Positions 12,630 to 28,229 are shown, counted from the first letter of the whole stretch. The stretch is DNA of 63,773 bases, filler included, from Octopus bimaculoides (GCF_001194135.2; 6 parts of 5 records of this genome joined end to end with filler, not necessarily neighbours in it), one strand, 5' to 3'. Notes: generated by a model not told the origin, from the letters alone. Numbers and translations are program-made.

Positions 12630-14650
12630 TGCTATAAAACGAAACAACTTCCAATTTGAGTGGTCCATTTACAAAGAAATGTTGATAGCCAATGAGGTCA
12701 AACATGTCGCACCTAATGACCATCATGTATTTAATCTGGTCAGCTGTCACTTATGCCCCTTTTTCACCACGTAGTGTATAATGTCGCCATAGTAACATCC
12801 TCTAATGAGGAGGCTATTAAAATATATAAGTTGTTCAACAATATTGATTAATCGATAAATTTCAAGTGGAACACCAGGATAAAGCTAGTTTAATTTATCC
12901 GCTTGAATAAAAATCTCTCAGAACGGTTCCATCTCCAAAACGTTTTGCAAGAGAGTGGTATGCAGGAGCCTCTTTGTGCCCTATATTCCATCCTTGGGCA
13001 TCAGAGCTAAGGTAGCGTATATGAGAAACGAGATTTACAGGATATGTACTAAATGCAGAGAGGTAGAAAGCAAAACACCAACACCATATAATGCAGACGA
13101 CTTCTGATAAACTATGGTTATCCATGCACCTTCACTAAACCAACAGCATAACAAAACTCACACATCTAAGAATAATGTGTAAGGGTTCGGATAAAAATAA
13201 AAACCGATTGTGATCAATAAACACATAAACTTCGGAAAACACCGGCCAATTTCTTTTCATCGACCCCCCAGATTTTCTCTTACGTACCAATTCTTCTCTG
13301 TAAAATGCAATGGAGGACCATCTACCGATCGTAAAGCCTTACTGGCGATAACAGTTATTCGTTGTTACTCTATAACTGACCACGGCTCGAACATCGAACG
13401 AGTATGTTTAGAAATGTTTCGCCGCTCTGGACAAAACTCGGTCAAGTCCGGCTGTCAGCACATCAGTGCCTGTTCAGTCACGAACAGGTAGCACCTCTAA
13501 GTAGTACTTTCGATTTAGAGAATTCTGGAGATTATTCATATCTGGCCACAACAGGAAAAACAATCCAAAATAGACAGTTTGACTTCATGAACGCCCAGAA
13601 TCTCCCTCAGAATGTGGTTTCAGTTAGCCCATAATTAACCCTGTACATATTTCTAGAGTAGAACATCAACCTATCGCATTGACAGACTAGAAAAAGATTA
13701 GATGTGAATCACACCACTCTATGTGCCAGTCGCCCTGTCTCCGTCTTTCTTTCAACACGAACTTTAGCTCTGCCAAAGAAAAAAAGCTGCGGATAAACGT
13801 ATCTCACGAAGGAAGCACACACATTACTTCACCGTGAAGGAATCGTTTTTATCGGTGCAATCCAGCGCGTCTTCACATTAACAGTCGCGGCGTACCTACA
13901 CCGCCATGTAGAGGCTGTTGGCGGCAAATTTGCCACCTGACTATTAGGACGTCACCTTCCTACAAGAAAGCAAATAACAGACGATTCAAGCAGTAGCTGG
14001 AGTTCGGCTCGATATTTAGGCTATAAATAATAATTGAGGTGAAGTTGGTATTCGCAACCTCTGCCTGACCGTTCATTTCTGTCTATTTCAAGGTAAAACT
14101 AGCCACACCGTTCGTTTCCCCACCCCAGTTCTCATCTCATTGAATGGCAGGAGAGAAAAAGACCCCCACGAATTTTAACTGGTATGTCAGTCAAGCTTCC
14201 AACGACGCCATCTGACAGATTCAGCCAAGCTCTCCGTGTTCGAAGCCGCAAGCCTACCGACTTCTCTACGTTGATTGTGGCCAAAAAATAGTCTCCTATT
14301 CCATTAGAATGATGCTGATGGTCTCCACTTCGGACAATTCTTTCCTAATCCCTAGTTCGTGAGATATCCATTAACTCTTCCAACAAAGCGGCAATAATTA
14401 AGGAGCCACCACGTACGGCTGAGGCGACAACAGGCAGCAATAACGGACCAGCGTGCAATGCGATTCATTTCCGAAAGGTGGCCATTTACTTTGGCTACCA
14501 AGGAATTTCTGTTATACGCTGAAATGATCAAAGCTCTAAAAGCAGATCCGAAACTTTCAGATTTTCGGATTGATTGTAAATAATGATGGTCGACCCTCGA
14601 ATGCTTTTCAATGATCCAAATTTATCATAATCTCACCAATACCAGTTTTC
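12630..14650 (+). mobile_element. Highly degenerate Ty3/Gypsy pol remnant (RT end, RNase H, possibly integrase)
   Basis: Ordered motif remnants FQFEWS, QTTSDNYG, RPISF, STDRKALLAI..YSITDH, and an FG..I..ND..S..F-like segment near 14500. Confidence 0.4.
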
Positions 14651-15199
14651 GTCCCAGCCCACCCTGTGATGTACCATATAAGATGGAAGTTGTCCTGGAT
14701 AGACCTGTCTGCTTCCATCATGTGTCTGATAGTGACAGTTTACTTTTTTGAATCTGAAATAATGTGACCGCTGTCAAATGTAACCACGTCGGGATTTGAA
14801 TTCAGACCGTAAAGTGTGGCAATTTTTATTCCACACAAGTCGATAGTAACTGTTTCACTTCATGACTGGTAATGATTCAGAAATTCTGCTTACCGTACTC
14901 GACGCGCCGATGACAATTGTCACTACCTCTGTACTCTTACAGTGTCATAGCTACCCTCTCTCGTATCTAAAATCATTTAACTTAACCAGTTTGCTCTGTT
15001 TTTTTGTTTTACGTTCATTCTGGTATCTATAGGGAATATCAATACCTTTTTCTTGCTAAATTTTTAAATCCCAATTTCCGTATCTTCTTTGTGAATTTTC
15101 GGTGTTTTGTGTCCCTCTTGTATTCGCAGCTCTCTGTATTTTTTATTTCCTTTATGATACGCATTTCTACAGTAACTATTCCACCGTTGCTGCACAATC

Positions 15200-15560
15200 T
15201 CTTCCGCTAACGAAAATCCTCTCATCATCACTGTGTTTAACATACACCCTAATCATTATAACACCTTTTTTGGCTAACATAATACCCATTGTCAGTAACT
15301 TTCTAATGTTCCTGTCAACATCCTGCAATTCTTGGGCGTTGGAGCGAATGATAATTGCATGTTATCAGAAGATTAAAGCAATGTGTGCATTGACACCAGT
15401 GATGAAAATTTTACTGTTCATTTGATGATTTGATAAAATTTTAAGCCATTCTTATATAGTCAGTTTTCAGAGTCATTCCATTTTTGTCCTATATGATATT
15501 AGCCTCCAAAGTTTCGAAACCTTATACGAATTTTCCAGAACAATTCACATTATATACTTC
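15200..15560 (-). mobile_element. R4/Dong-like LINE, RT C-terminal fragment
   Basis: LEANII.DK..LKTDYIR, NSKIFITGVNAH, ELQDVDRNIRKLLTM..RVYVK. Confidence 0.7.
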
Positions 15561-16379
15561 ATGGTAGAAATGTAAAAATCACAGTTCCTCCTATCTCAGA
15601 TAATTTGAGCTTGTAAGTATACCAGTGTTTAATGTTATAGTCCATTTTTTTCTATCACGTCGAAAACTCATACTTTCTTCCTAAAGCGGAAAAGTGTTTT
15701 CTCTTTATACCGAATACATTCAATTCATCCTCAAAAATAAGGTAGTTGATGATTTATTCATAGTTTCCTAATATATGTTCTGGTTCACACCCATTATAAA
15801 AGTATGGGTGGTAGGAATAAGACTGACTGTAAAGTTAAAGTTCAGAGAATATCCTCTTAAAATATTCTTTATTTATATTTACTTTTCCAAGTTTCTCAAT
15901 GCCCGATGAGATTTGTCTCACATAGTGACACATATAATATATTAGTAATGAGTTGGTGTTCTTTTGAATGAAATATTCGATGATCGAAGATTACGTACTC
16001 TTATTGGAAGAAAATATAATGAACTTTGAGTTGCGTAACAATTTCAAGTTCTCGTGTTCTCATCATACAACGCATTTCGATTTCTCGTGGTTACAACACA
16101 AATGTCATTTTTATTCTTTGTATTTCGTTCAGTAGCATCCTTTCTATTGCTCTGCCAGTAGAATTTTATAGTTGAAACTGTGATTGATTTCTTTGTAGAT
16201 TATACTCATCGGAAATTTCCACATTAGTGGGTAAAAATGAGACATTTGAGCTGTCGCTAACTACGTTTCAGTTTGTCATATCTTTCATAAGCAATGCTAT
16301 TGATTCTTGAGGTCACAATGTCGGCATATACTTAGAATCGTCTTTCGTCAAATATTTGTATCTTTATCCAGCGTAATGA

Positions 16380-16802
16380 ATTCAAACGTACAATAGAGAC
16401 AGGACACTGTTAACTGGAAACAATATCAACTATATCTGATATATGATAGACATGCAAGTTCCTTATGTACAAAAGATTCCATTAAATGAAATCCATAAAC
16501 TGCCAAAATACGACGATGTTTAAAATGATATGAGCAGGAAGTAGATAAGGAAAATTTAAACAGTAACAAAAATAATACTGAGTTTAATAAAGACACTTCA
16601 TGTAAAATAAGGCAAGACATGACCTAAGCAATAAACAACCTATCAAAAGATATTGGGAAATATGCAATGAATTCTACAAAGAGATAAAGAAATGAAACTT
16701 ATAACAAAATCCATCAGACCCAATGAAAAAGAACTTCACACTGTGGAGAAAGAGAGAGTGCACATGGTGCTGGTATATGTGGCCTAATTCTGTTGTAAAC
16801 AC
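16380..16802 (+). mobile_element. R4/Dong-like LINE, RLE domain + 3' UTR
   Basis: IDMQVPYVQKIPLNEIHKLPKY resembles the RLE motif ID..VP.D..I..KE..KL.KY; followed by a microsatellite. Confidence 0.6.
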
Positions 16803-16829
16803 TATAGTGGTAGTGAGGATGATGACGAT

Positions 16830-17990
<1,161 letters not shown>

Positions 17991-18599
17991 TTTCCTGTTA
18001 AGCCCATGAAGCTGCTTCTGGTTATTTGACATTAACCGGCCGTGCTGGAACTGCGATATGCGATCTGTGTAACGCTGCACCTTTAATGTTTTTGCCCGCA
18101 TACATTGTAAATACATGACCTGGAAATTGAACTAGAAAAGATGATGTATCTTAAAATTTAAAAAAAAATTGTTTCTTTTATTATAGGTACCCTAGTGATG
18201 ATAAAAAGGGAATATCTAATATATCAAGTCAACATCCCTAGAGAACTATGACTCAAAGTAATCCAAAACAGTTTGCTATAAAGTACTACACAGATCCTTA
18301 GAAAGACCCTTTCAACTTAAATATTTGTGTTGCATCTTTAAGAGTTATTTCAGTTTTGCCTTCACCTTTTCCCCTCCCAAATCGTCACTTCCCCTCTTGC
18401 AGCACCATTTCTCCTTCCCAACAACACTTTCCCTCCCCTCGTACCTTTACCACTCCCCAAGCACCACTTCCCCGTCTCAAGCTTTCAGTCATATTTCAAC
18501 ATCACTGAACATTTATTGCTCTCAAGTGCTGGGTGTGCACCATCAAGTGATTGCATTAAACATACAGATTGAAAGTAACTAACAATTATATAACTTTCT

Positions 18600-19000
18600 A
18601 CGATAGATACATGACTTGAATTTTGCCGGGGGTGGGTTTACTCAATTACATCTATTTCAATGTTAAGCTGGTAATCTTTTCATCGATTCTAAATACGTGG
18701 AAGTCAATATTCAGTGGTATTTGGACTCAGAGCATAGAACTGGGCGAAATGCTGTCAAGGATTTAGCCCAATGCGCTAAACATTCTACTTTCTCTTTACG
18801 CTTTTGTTTTCCTAATTTGTCCATAAATCCAGCAATTTGAAAGGGTGGGGTTTAATTCGATTATATCGCCTCCATTAATTGACCGGTCCTTTATTCTATC
18901 AACCACGAAAAGATAAAAGGCCAAGTTGACGTCTGTAGGATTTGTAGAGAGCTGGAAGAAACGCCGCTAAGCATCGTAGCCAACACACTGACATTAAAAC
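18600..19000 (-). mobile_element. Two degenerate SINE B copies
   Basis: Remnants of tttggactcagagc and gctaagcatcgt plus core-like segments. Confidence 0.45.
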
Positions 19001-21378
19001 CACAGCAAAGAATTGGAAGCCGAAAACAATACAATATCCCCAGCATCATCGCCAATAACAAAAGCAAACGAATCCGTAACAGCAGAAATATAAACGCATC
19101 AGGAAATATATACAATTAATGTATTAGTTACACAAACTTGACCAGTTGCACAACATGCTCAGTGCATACCATTAAATAATGAAAAAGAAATATGGTTTAA
19201 ATATATGCATTTAATATTTTCTCCTAGATCGGTACACAAACATACTTCATGACAAATTAACACTAGAAAAATATATATTCAACCCAACGTAACGATGTTA
19301 TGGACTCTTATATGGTGATTGAATGTTTTTTATGCTTTTCGTTTAGTGTTTGTAGCATACACCAGGAGGCACAAATTCTGCATCACAAGAAATTTATGAG
19401 CCAAGGCTAAATAATAATGACAATTTAATTAAAACGCCGGCGTGTTCTCTTCAATATTTTGAAATTCAAATAATGCAAAAGAGTATTAATAGATATATAC
19501 TACGCGAATATTTTACCGCTAAATTTACATAGAATCAGATCGGCGGCAACAGACTCGCATTCATTGTATACGGAGAGAAATTAAACAGAAAGAAAATAAC
19601 TTTATATCACAACAGAACGGTTAATTAAAGAAGATATATACTTCAAACTATAAAAAGTATCAGATACAGAAAACATCAGAGACACACAATATCACTTACA
19701 TACACGGAACACAAGATGATGAATAAAATGCAAACAACGAAAATATAACATTAAAGTTTTAAACATTGCAACGTTAATCATGAAGGTGGTTTTAGTACAA
19801 GCAAGACAAACAGCATAATATAAAACGACTACAAAATAAATTTTACCATAACTAAATCATGTTGACAAACAGAAGCCCCAAACAGAACTACACCAACCAT
19901 ATATGTAGACACCGTATATGAGAAAGATCTAAGTATAGTAATGTTCTAAAGGTGGAAATTTCAATGAGATATCTATAATCTAAACTTGGGTATAGTTAAA
20001 GATTTAAAACGATAGAAGATAAAAGACCTTCCTAAACATAAAACATAATGATAAAAAATCAAAAACTATCAACAAACGTTGTGTGTCCTAGACTTACCGG
20101 AAAGAGATTGAACATAAATATCACCATGATAAAAGAAACAAAAATATATAAAGAAACCTGGTTAATTATTCAAAATGTCACACATACGCAAATCTAAACT
20201 TAAGCAAACAACTTGCTAAATAACATACTGGGTAAGATAGAATATAATGAAGTTATCTGAGCCCTTAATAGAATAATGTGCATTCATAAATGGAAGTGAT
20301 GCAGAAGAGATACAAAATACTTTTGAAATAGAACAAAAGAAAATATTTACTCGAGATAATACAACACAAGAAACAAGAGAACACCTTAAATCATAGAATA
20401 AAAAATGGTAACAATAATTTGCACTTAATAGAGTAGCTACAGTTTTGAAAATAATGATAAAAAATTCTACGAAATAACGATTATGATGAAATGTTTACGA
20501 ATCATGAGCAAAATTCGTAGGTACTGTTTTCCATCTTGATGAATATCAACGCATATAAAACGGAGATTGAACCAAAATAACACTGGCATTTTGGCGCCTG
20601 ATTTATGAAAACAGTGTTATCATGCATTATAGCTCCAAATAAAAATGTTCCCCTCTCAATATTTTTTGTTTGAATTTAGATTTCATAAATTTATTTTAGG
20701 TAAATACTCTCCAAACTTGCGTTTAACTAAGTGCGTATATGTCTGATGTGGCTGTTATTAGCAAACTAGTTATTAGCAAACGTTATGCTATGTTATTAAT
20801 TTAATTTTTTTTTTTTTTTTCGTTTAAGGAAAATGACTTTACTTTTTTCAAAATTTTCTAGAATTTCGATAGTTTTCTTTTCATAAATATAAGTTTGAAA
20901 AATGAATTATTTCTGTTTACCAATTTATTTGCTTCGTTTAAATCAATTTTTTTCGGGAGTGGTTGACATAAATTACGGGAATCTGTTTTACTTTGCATTG
21001 GTTTATTCATAACTGCATAAAGTAGCGTTCGATAAAAGAAGAACGTTAGAAGTACAAACAGATAAACATTATTTGGACTTGATTTGTTCAATTAAAACCT
21101 TCAAGGCGGCGTTTTGTGTTTGCCGTAATCCATTGTCGGAAATATGCAAAATAGTAAAAGTTGACAGGGCATATAATCGTTAGTTTTGTGTAGGTTTAAA
21201 AGAAAAATAGTATTAAATTACGTGTAGTTTAGCTAGAGTTGTATAACAAATAACATATCAAATTATACCCGATACAACTCCTCAATGAATCAATTTCTTA
21301 AACACTTGCATAATCAGGACAAGAATATATTGGGATTCATTAAAAAAAAAATATTGTTACAAGAGCAGAAATTACCCA

Positions 21379-22053
21379 TTGAATATTTACAACAAGAATA
21401 TCAAATTAGAATGTGGAAGAGATGTTTTACGTATCAGAGGAATTAAAATAAACCATACGTATGTATATAATCATTCTAGACTAAGTATCAAATACACGTC
21501 TTATCATGGTACAATTCAATATAAACAATGTGCAAACATGACTGCATACAATCCAATGCTTAAATAAATACTTGCTTTACAGTATATATTGATTTTTATC
21601 AAAGGCAGAAACAATTTGTATTCAGAGAGTGATTGCATTGAACTACCACACTTTAAGTGGTATTTTATTTTGTCCCCACCGGAAGCATGAACAATGAATT
21701 TGATATGTCAATATCGGAATACTAAACAGGGGGGTATAGCAAAGGACAAAAACGATGTTCTGAAACATTGCTAATATACAAGAAACCTGCATAAATTATA
21801 TGGAACATTTCGTGGTGGTCATATGGAGCTTCACATGGAGATTACAATTTTTTTAATGTTCTACGAAGAATTCCTAGAAGCTGTAGCTAAGTACAGAACA
21901 ATAGTAGGTTACCTGTAGGTGTACGTATCAGCAATACGTTTAGAACATATCTTCCAAAAGCGAAAAATTACAATAGTTGAACTGAGATTGACTTTTAAGG
22001 ATTTAGAGAACTGGAAAGTTCGTAGTTTTGGCATTTGTCAAAAAAATATTTGA
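21379..22053 (+). pseudogene. Unidentified degenerate ORF (225 codons, 4 internal stops)
   Basis: My translation of one frame is open except for 4 stops, in sequence AT-rich enough that many more would be expected; protein not recognised. Confidence 0.3.
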
Positions 22054-22278
22054 TTTTTTTTTTTTTTTTTTACATTTACATCCTGTAATATGTAACTGTA
22101 GTTATCACGGATAGTCTCTATAACAAATCGAATAAAATGTCTACATGATTCTTAAGAGGCAGTGACAACCACAATCGCAATAGAAAGATAACTTTGAACT
22201 ACTGTTGCTATTGCCAGATATTATGACAAATAGCAGTCTATAAAGTGTTCTTTAATACGTCATTCAACAACAAAATTG

Positions 22279-23039
22279 AACATTTATAAACGTATATCCT
22301 GTAGTACAAGTGGCATTTATGACCAACTGTACGTGAATATCGAAGATCTTGTTTACAAATTGGTAATATACATTGCTAATTTACGGAAACCGAAAATGCT
22401 ATATACTTAAATTGACTGCAAAATGCTATTGACGTCATACCTATTTGATTGGATTATTAAAATGCATGATTTGAGAAACATTTTCGAAGCAAATGCAAAG
22501 ATTTATAAATAATTCAGTTCTTACGAGAACTAACAACAGATTCCAGTACTATGTAAGTCCAGAAGTAAAACCACTTCTGGTCATTCTTTTGATGTCCCAT
22601 AACCTTTATCATACCAATGAAACGATAAATAATTTGAGTATTATTTAGTGAGAGCCGGCATCAGGGGCATACACTGTTTCTATTTCTTGAACAACAAAAA
22701 TCTATTAACTGCCAATTCCTCTGAGTTTGGTACTTGAGATATGTACAGAGATAAAATGTAAAGCTGATATACGCCTTGAACCGGACATTGTAGATACCCA
22801 TGCAGAAAAGATATCGCAGGTTCTGTGTAATTCTGCAATGCACCAGTCGATGATAGTAGAAATCAGAAACTGTGTATGAAAGGAGCCCGAATAGGAATTT
22901 AAAATATACTGATTGGCAGAACATTTGTAAACGCATATCCTGTAGCACAAGTGGCATTTATGACCAAGTGTACGTGAATATCGAAAATCCAGTTTACAGA
23001 TTGGTCATGTTCATTGCTAAAGTACGGAAACCGAAAATT
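22279..23039 (+). repeat. 120-bp direct repeats (22279-22398 and 22920-23039), 14 mismatches
   Basis: Aligned by eye without gaps. Confidence 0.85.
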
Positions 23040-23384
23040 TAAGCCTTTATCATAATCGTAAGGAGACGATATATACATATGCGTGTTTGCGTATAATTTA
23101 TTTTCAAGAGATGAAATTTATTTATATATAGGACACATCGAAGTTCCCCGTACATTTGAGCCCTATGGTACTTGACAAATGTAGCCTTACCAGGCGATGA
23201 TATTAGATTAATGGAATATAGATTTTATTACATCTTTGCACCACTATGCCCCCAGAAACAGCCGTCGGATTTTAACGAATTATAAACATCTATATGGATG
23301 TACAATACTATCTGCATCCCACCAATTCTGCGTTAATCATTTATATATATATATATATATATAACAGTATAGATATATATACAT

Positions 23385-23660
23385 AGTTGCTTCTCAACCA
23401 CGTGGTCCCGTGTTCAGTCCCACTGCGCAGCACCTTGACCAAGTGTCTTCTACTATATCCTCGGGTCGACCAAAACTTTGTGACCGGATTTGATTGACGG
23501 AAACTGAAAGAAGCCAGTCACATATATGTATATGAGTGTGGGCGTGTTTGTGCGTGTCAGTGTCTGTCTGTTTGTAAGTACTAAGCTTACAAAGAATAAA
23601 TCCTTGGCTTGATTGTTTGGACTAAAGGCGGTGCTCCAGCATGGCCGAAGTTAAATGAAT
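23385..23660 (+). mobile_element. SINE family A
   Basis: gttgcttctcaaccacgtggtcccgtgttcagtcccactgcgcagcaccttgaccaagtgtcttc...ggtgctccagcatggcc. Confidence 0.8.
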
Positions 23661-25021
23661 GACATATATATTTATACATCATATATATTTATACACCACC
23701 AGTTGATGTCAGCTGTAAAACATTGCTTTGCGGTACTATACCAAAAGGGATCATAGCGAAATAATAATGTAATACACTGACTTATTTATAGAATGCACGG
23801 AAGCGTATGTCTTACGGCTAACGTATTACGAATGAGAGGCAGTGAACAGTACGCCGGGTACAATGCCTAGCAGCATATCGTCGGTTCAGAGTTCAAATTC
23901 CGTCGATGATGACATTGACTTTCATATCTTTGTTAATATAGCTTTCACTCGTTCGATGCAATTTGCTTACTCATTACCCTGCCTTGTACCAAAATTTGAA
24001 AACAATGTAATACGAATGTTGGTAGTGGCAGGTTTTTGGATTACGAAACCAATGAAACATACAAAATCAGTTCAGTTTTTCCCTCATACATTAACTAAGA
24101 AACTGCAAAAATAAAATCTGTATGGTGCTGACAGTGGTCAAAAGGAGAATATGTATTTTACTTATAAGCAACCACTTCCCTAAAAAATAAATAGGAAAGT
24201 TTCTAATTAAGGCTTTCCTGAAACTAATCAGTGGTACGCAATGTAAATGGTGGCAATCTATATAAATTTCTACATTATACCACTCTGACCCGAAGAACAA
24301 AATTTGAAGGGTAACAATGGATATGAATATCATAAGCTTTAATCCTATATGCACGTGTAACAGTCATAAATTCTTGAGAAATAACCGAAACTGACAGCGT
24401 TGTCTTATGATAATTTAAGAAATAATACTTTCAATCTAAATTTAATGTTGTATGACAACTCCATATATATAATTTCGATGTGAAATTCTCAAAGGCAAAA
24501 GAATATCAGAAATCGTACGAACGCATTTGAGAGAAATACCCCACAACGAAATATAAGACAGTGAAAATAATTTACAATAAGAGACATTCAAAAGTTTGTC
24601 TTATCACAGATTCACATAGCACAGTTTAATGATGAAAGAAAATAAAAAGTGAAACAATAGAATACTAGAAATCGAAAGTACACTGATCAAAAAAATCTTA
24701 ACTAAAGAGAATATGAATAATATTCCTGTACTAGAACTCCAAACACTAGAGTTTCTATACAAGCTCAACGTTTAAATGTCGAGCAGGCCATTTATTAAAG
24801 CTATTGGTATCGCTAGCTATTAGCATCGCTACCCATGGAGCATATCTCCAATTTATAAGCATTAAATTTCAAAAAGCAAAACGAATATAGAATCTGACAA
24901 TCACAATCTTAATTAAAATATATGCTATTCACCAGTATCACCAGGAGAAATGAAACAATATGTGTATGTTTGTGTGTGTGAGTATGTGTGTGTGGGTATG
25001 TGTGTGGGTATGTGTGTGTGT

Positions 25022-25061
<40 letters not shown>

Positions 25062-25665
25062 CACGAATATCAAAGAAAAAGTAGTTGTCCCGCAGATGCA
25101 TTCACAAAAATATCAAAATCTATACAAAACAACGAGGTGAACCAATAACAAAATTCAAGAATAGACCAGGGGAAACACTGATTTCCTTTCATTAGAACAT
25201 TTCAAAACTTTCAGCTGAAAAAGAATAAACGCTGTAACAGCTGAAGATAAGTAAGCAGGTTCAATGAATGAAGCACAATCTGTCGGGATACGAGGGTGAA
25301 TACTGATACAATCTTATAAAGAGAGAATGCTAAGCTACCTTTGTATTCTTGATATACTGAAACCCATTCCAGGTTTAGGAAATGCAAACTTGTTTGACAG
25401 GAAAAAGAAAAGGATAAATCCATCTTAATAGGGAATATATCGATTCACAATCATATATATATATATATTAATGCCTACAGATTTCATGTCAATAGATTTT
25501 ATTAAAAAATCACCAGAATAGGAATTGTGTTTCAACTGACATGTAACGTCCACCTAATTTACAATATCTTTTAAGGCAGAAGTGAAATTAACTAAATATA
25601 AATTATGAAAATAAGGCTAAATTCAATAACACGACTGAAAAGAAAATGCCTATAATGATATTTGT

Positions 25666-25700
<35 letters not shown>

Positions 25701-26169
25701 TATACATACTTACATACTTAAATATATACAGACATACAGGAATACATGCATACATACATGCATGCATGCATTCATACAAACGCACATACATACATACATA
25801 CATACATACATACATACATACATACTTACATGCATATATACATACATGCGTTACTCTTATTTAAGTCTTTCCATTTCTGATCCTTTCCCAGTTGTCGTTG
25901 TTTATGTTGCACATCTTTCTGTGATTTTCAGTTTGAGCATTAGCAGCATTGTTGGTCTAGAAGGATGGGCGCTCACCTCTTCTGTAATTTATATTAGTAA
26001 TGCTAGCGTTCCTACAGGTAATAGAATATTTGAAACACTGTCATATAAACACGTTTGATATTGTTACACTACACGAAAATATAATTTTCAAGGATGCTGT
26101 CTGCAAGAAAATTATATAGAAAAACTGTCACTCGCAATTTAAGACATACACATTTCTAATTTTATCCAC

Positions 26170-27420
26170 AGACAGTAGCATCACTCACAGAGTTTTAAGC
26201 GTCGGGGGTTACCACCTATACTGATTATTTCGTATGTGTTGGGTAGAGAGTTATGAAATCTGAAGATTCTGGTACATAACCGTCTTTTCCTGATTTCCCC
26301 TTTGAGAATTATTACACCACATTTCTCAATCTCAAATTCCATGCTTTTATATGGTTTCCTGTAATCCACCCATGCCATCGCCATTTTTTTGTGTCTTTTC
26401 TTGCAGTCAGCCAGGGTACTCTTATCGATTAGTAATTGATCATTCGTTCCCCTGCTCTTGTGTCTACACCCCTTTTTGTTCTGCTGGTAGTAGGATGTTC
26501 TCATCTCGGTATTTAAAGCTGCTGTTCGATACGATGGCCGTCACCAGTTCCAACATCAGTGGCAAACAACACATTGTTCAGAAATTTCCACCTACATTCC
26601 ATTTACTTGGGTCTTTCTGGCATAGTAGTGTTCTTCATTTTGTCATCTAGGCCTGTACATCTATGTTACTCCTGAATATTTCGTCCAGCTGTCTCGCAAT
26701 TCTCCTGTGTAGAGCTGCAAAGATTTTAAACTAAAAGCCTTGAACCACATCAGGCCGAGGCACTTTCCAGTTAGGAATTCTCCTGCACTGTCCCTAATCA
26801 TCTCGGTATTCCTCAAATCCTCCTGTTGATTTAACCACTCTGCTTCGTTTTCGTTTTGTTTCTACTGAGACCATATGTTTGCCAAGAATCTTTTGCTTTC
26901 TTCAGCATCCAGCACGGCTTTTTCACCTTTATCTTTGCCATCCATTTCCTAAGAGATTCGTTTCTGATTTTGTTCGAAAAGTCTGTTTAATTTGTATTGC
27001 TCAATTCTCTGTTCAGATATCTTTAGTTTCTATGCTTTAGCTTTCAGCCACTGTTTTAATTCCTCAATCACAACATTGATCCCCTTTCTTTTCACCTCTC
27101 TAGCTCAGCATATTTCTCTCGTTGAGCTTCGTTTCTTTTTTTTTTTTCAGTTCCAGAATATTAATATGCTTTACGGTCTCGTATTCTCAATTTCCACCAT
27201 GATTCCTTCAGGTTATGTTAACAGCTACCTTCGGCTTTCTAACCTAACTTCAGGGCTATAAAGATCGAGGTTGCATTTATCCGAAATATTGGTGTCTGTG
27301 ATGTTGTGAGTCCTCATAACACCAGTGATACCATTTATCTTCCTGACCCATTCATTGAGTTTATTCCTGTCTACCTTTTTAAATCTCGTATAAAAGCTCT
27401 GTTCATCTCAGGGCCAGATA
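26170..27420 (-). mobile_element. R4/Dong-like LINE, N-terminal region to RT motifs
   Basis: [31 protein letters not shown]; upstream VDRNKLNEWVRKING. Confidence 0.85.
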
Positions 27421-27444
27421 TAAATGATTTCAATAAAAATGAAT

Positions 27445-27593
27445 AATAATAATAATAACAACAATAATAATAATAATAAAAATAATAATAATTACTATTG
27501 TTATTATTATTATTATCATTATTGTTGTTGTTGCTGTTGTTGTTGTTGTTGTTGTTGTTGTTGCTGTTGTTATTGTTGTTGTTGTTGTTGTTA

Positions 27594-27637
<44 letters not shown>

Positions 27638-27640
27638 GTT
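27445..27640. repeat. (AAT)n/(ATT)n/(GTT)n compound microsatellite
   Basis: Directly visible. Confidence 0.95.
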
Positions 27641-28153
27641 CAGTAGTTTTATTTTTATAACGTGCTTTCACTTCACTACCGAGTGCAGCTCTGTGCGCCT
27701 TGGGTATGTGCTGTGGTTTGCTGTGGTGCTCTTATGTTTACTGTATTGAAAGTGTTTTGCGTAGAATGTGTGCAGTACCCAGTAGTGCAATTTTCTGTAT
27801 GTTATATATATTTGTAAGTCCTGGTATTTTTGTTATGTATTTGTCTGAATANNNNNNNNNNTACCTAAGGCACCTACTATGATAGGAATTGTTTCTGTTT
27901 TTAGATTCCACATTCGTGTTATCTCTATTTCCAGGTCTTTGTATTTTGAAAGTTTTTCCATTTCTTTTAGAGAAACGTTGTCATCTGCTGGTATTGATAC
28001 ATCAATTAGAAAGCATTTTTTTTTCTTCATGATCTTTGACAACTATATCTGGTCTATTTGCCTTAATTTCTCTATCTGTGTGTATTGGCATATCCCAGAG
28101 TATGGTTGCTTTCTCGTTTTCTGTGACCTTTTCTGGCGTGTGTTTATACCATC

Positions 28154-28160
<7 letters not shown>
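27641..28160 (-). mobile_element. R4/Dong-like LINE 3' end (RLE + 3' UTR)
   Basis: [82 protein letters not shown]; the UTR ends ctactgaacaataat. Confidence 0.92.
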
Positions 28161-28228
<68 letters not shown>

Positions 28229-28229
<1 letters not shown>

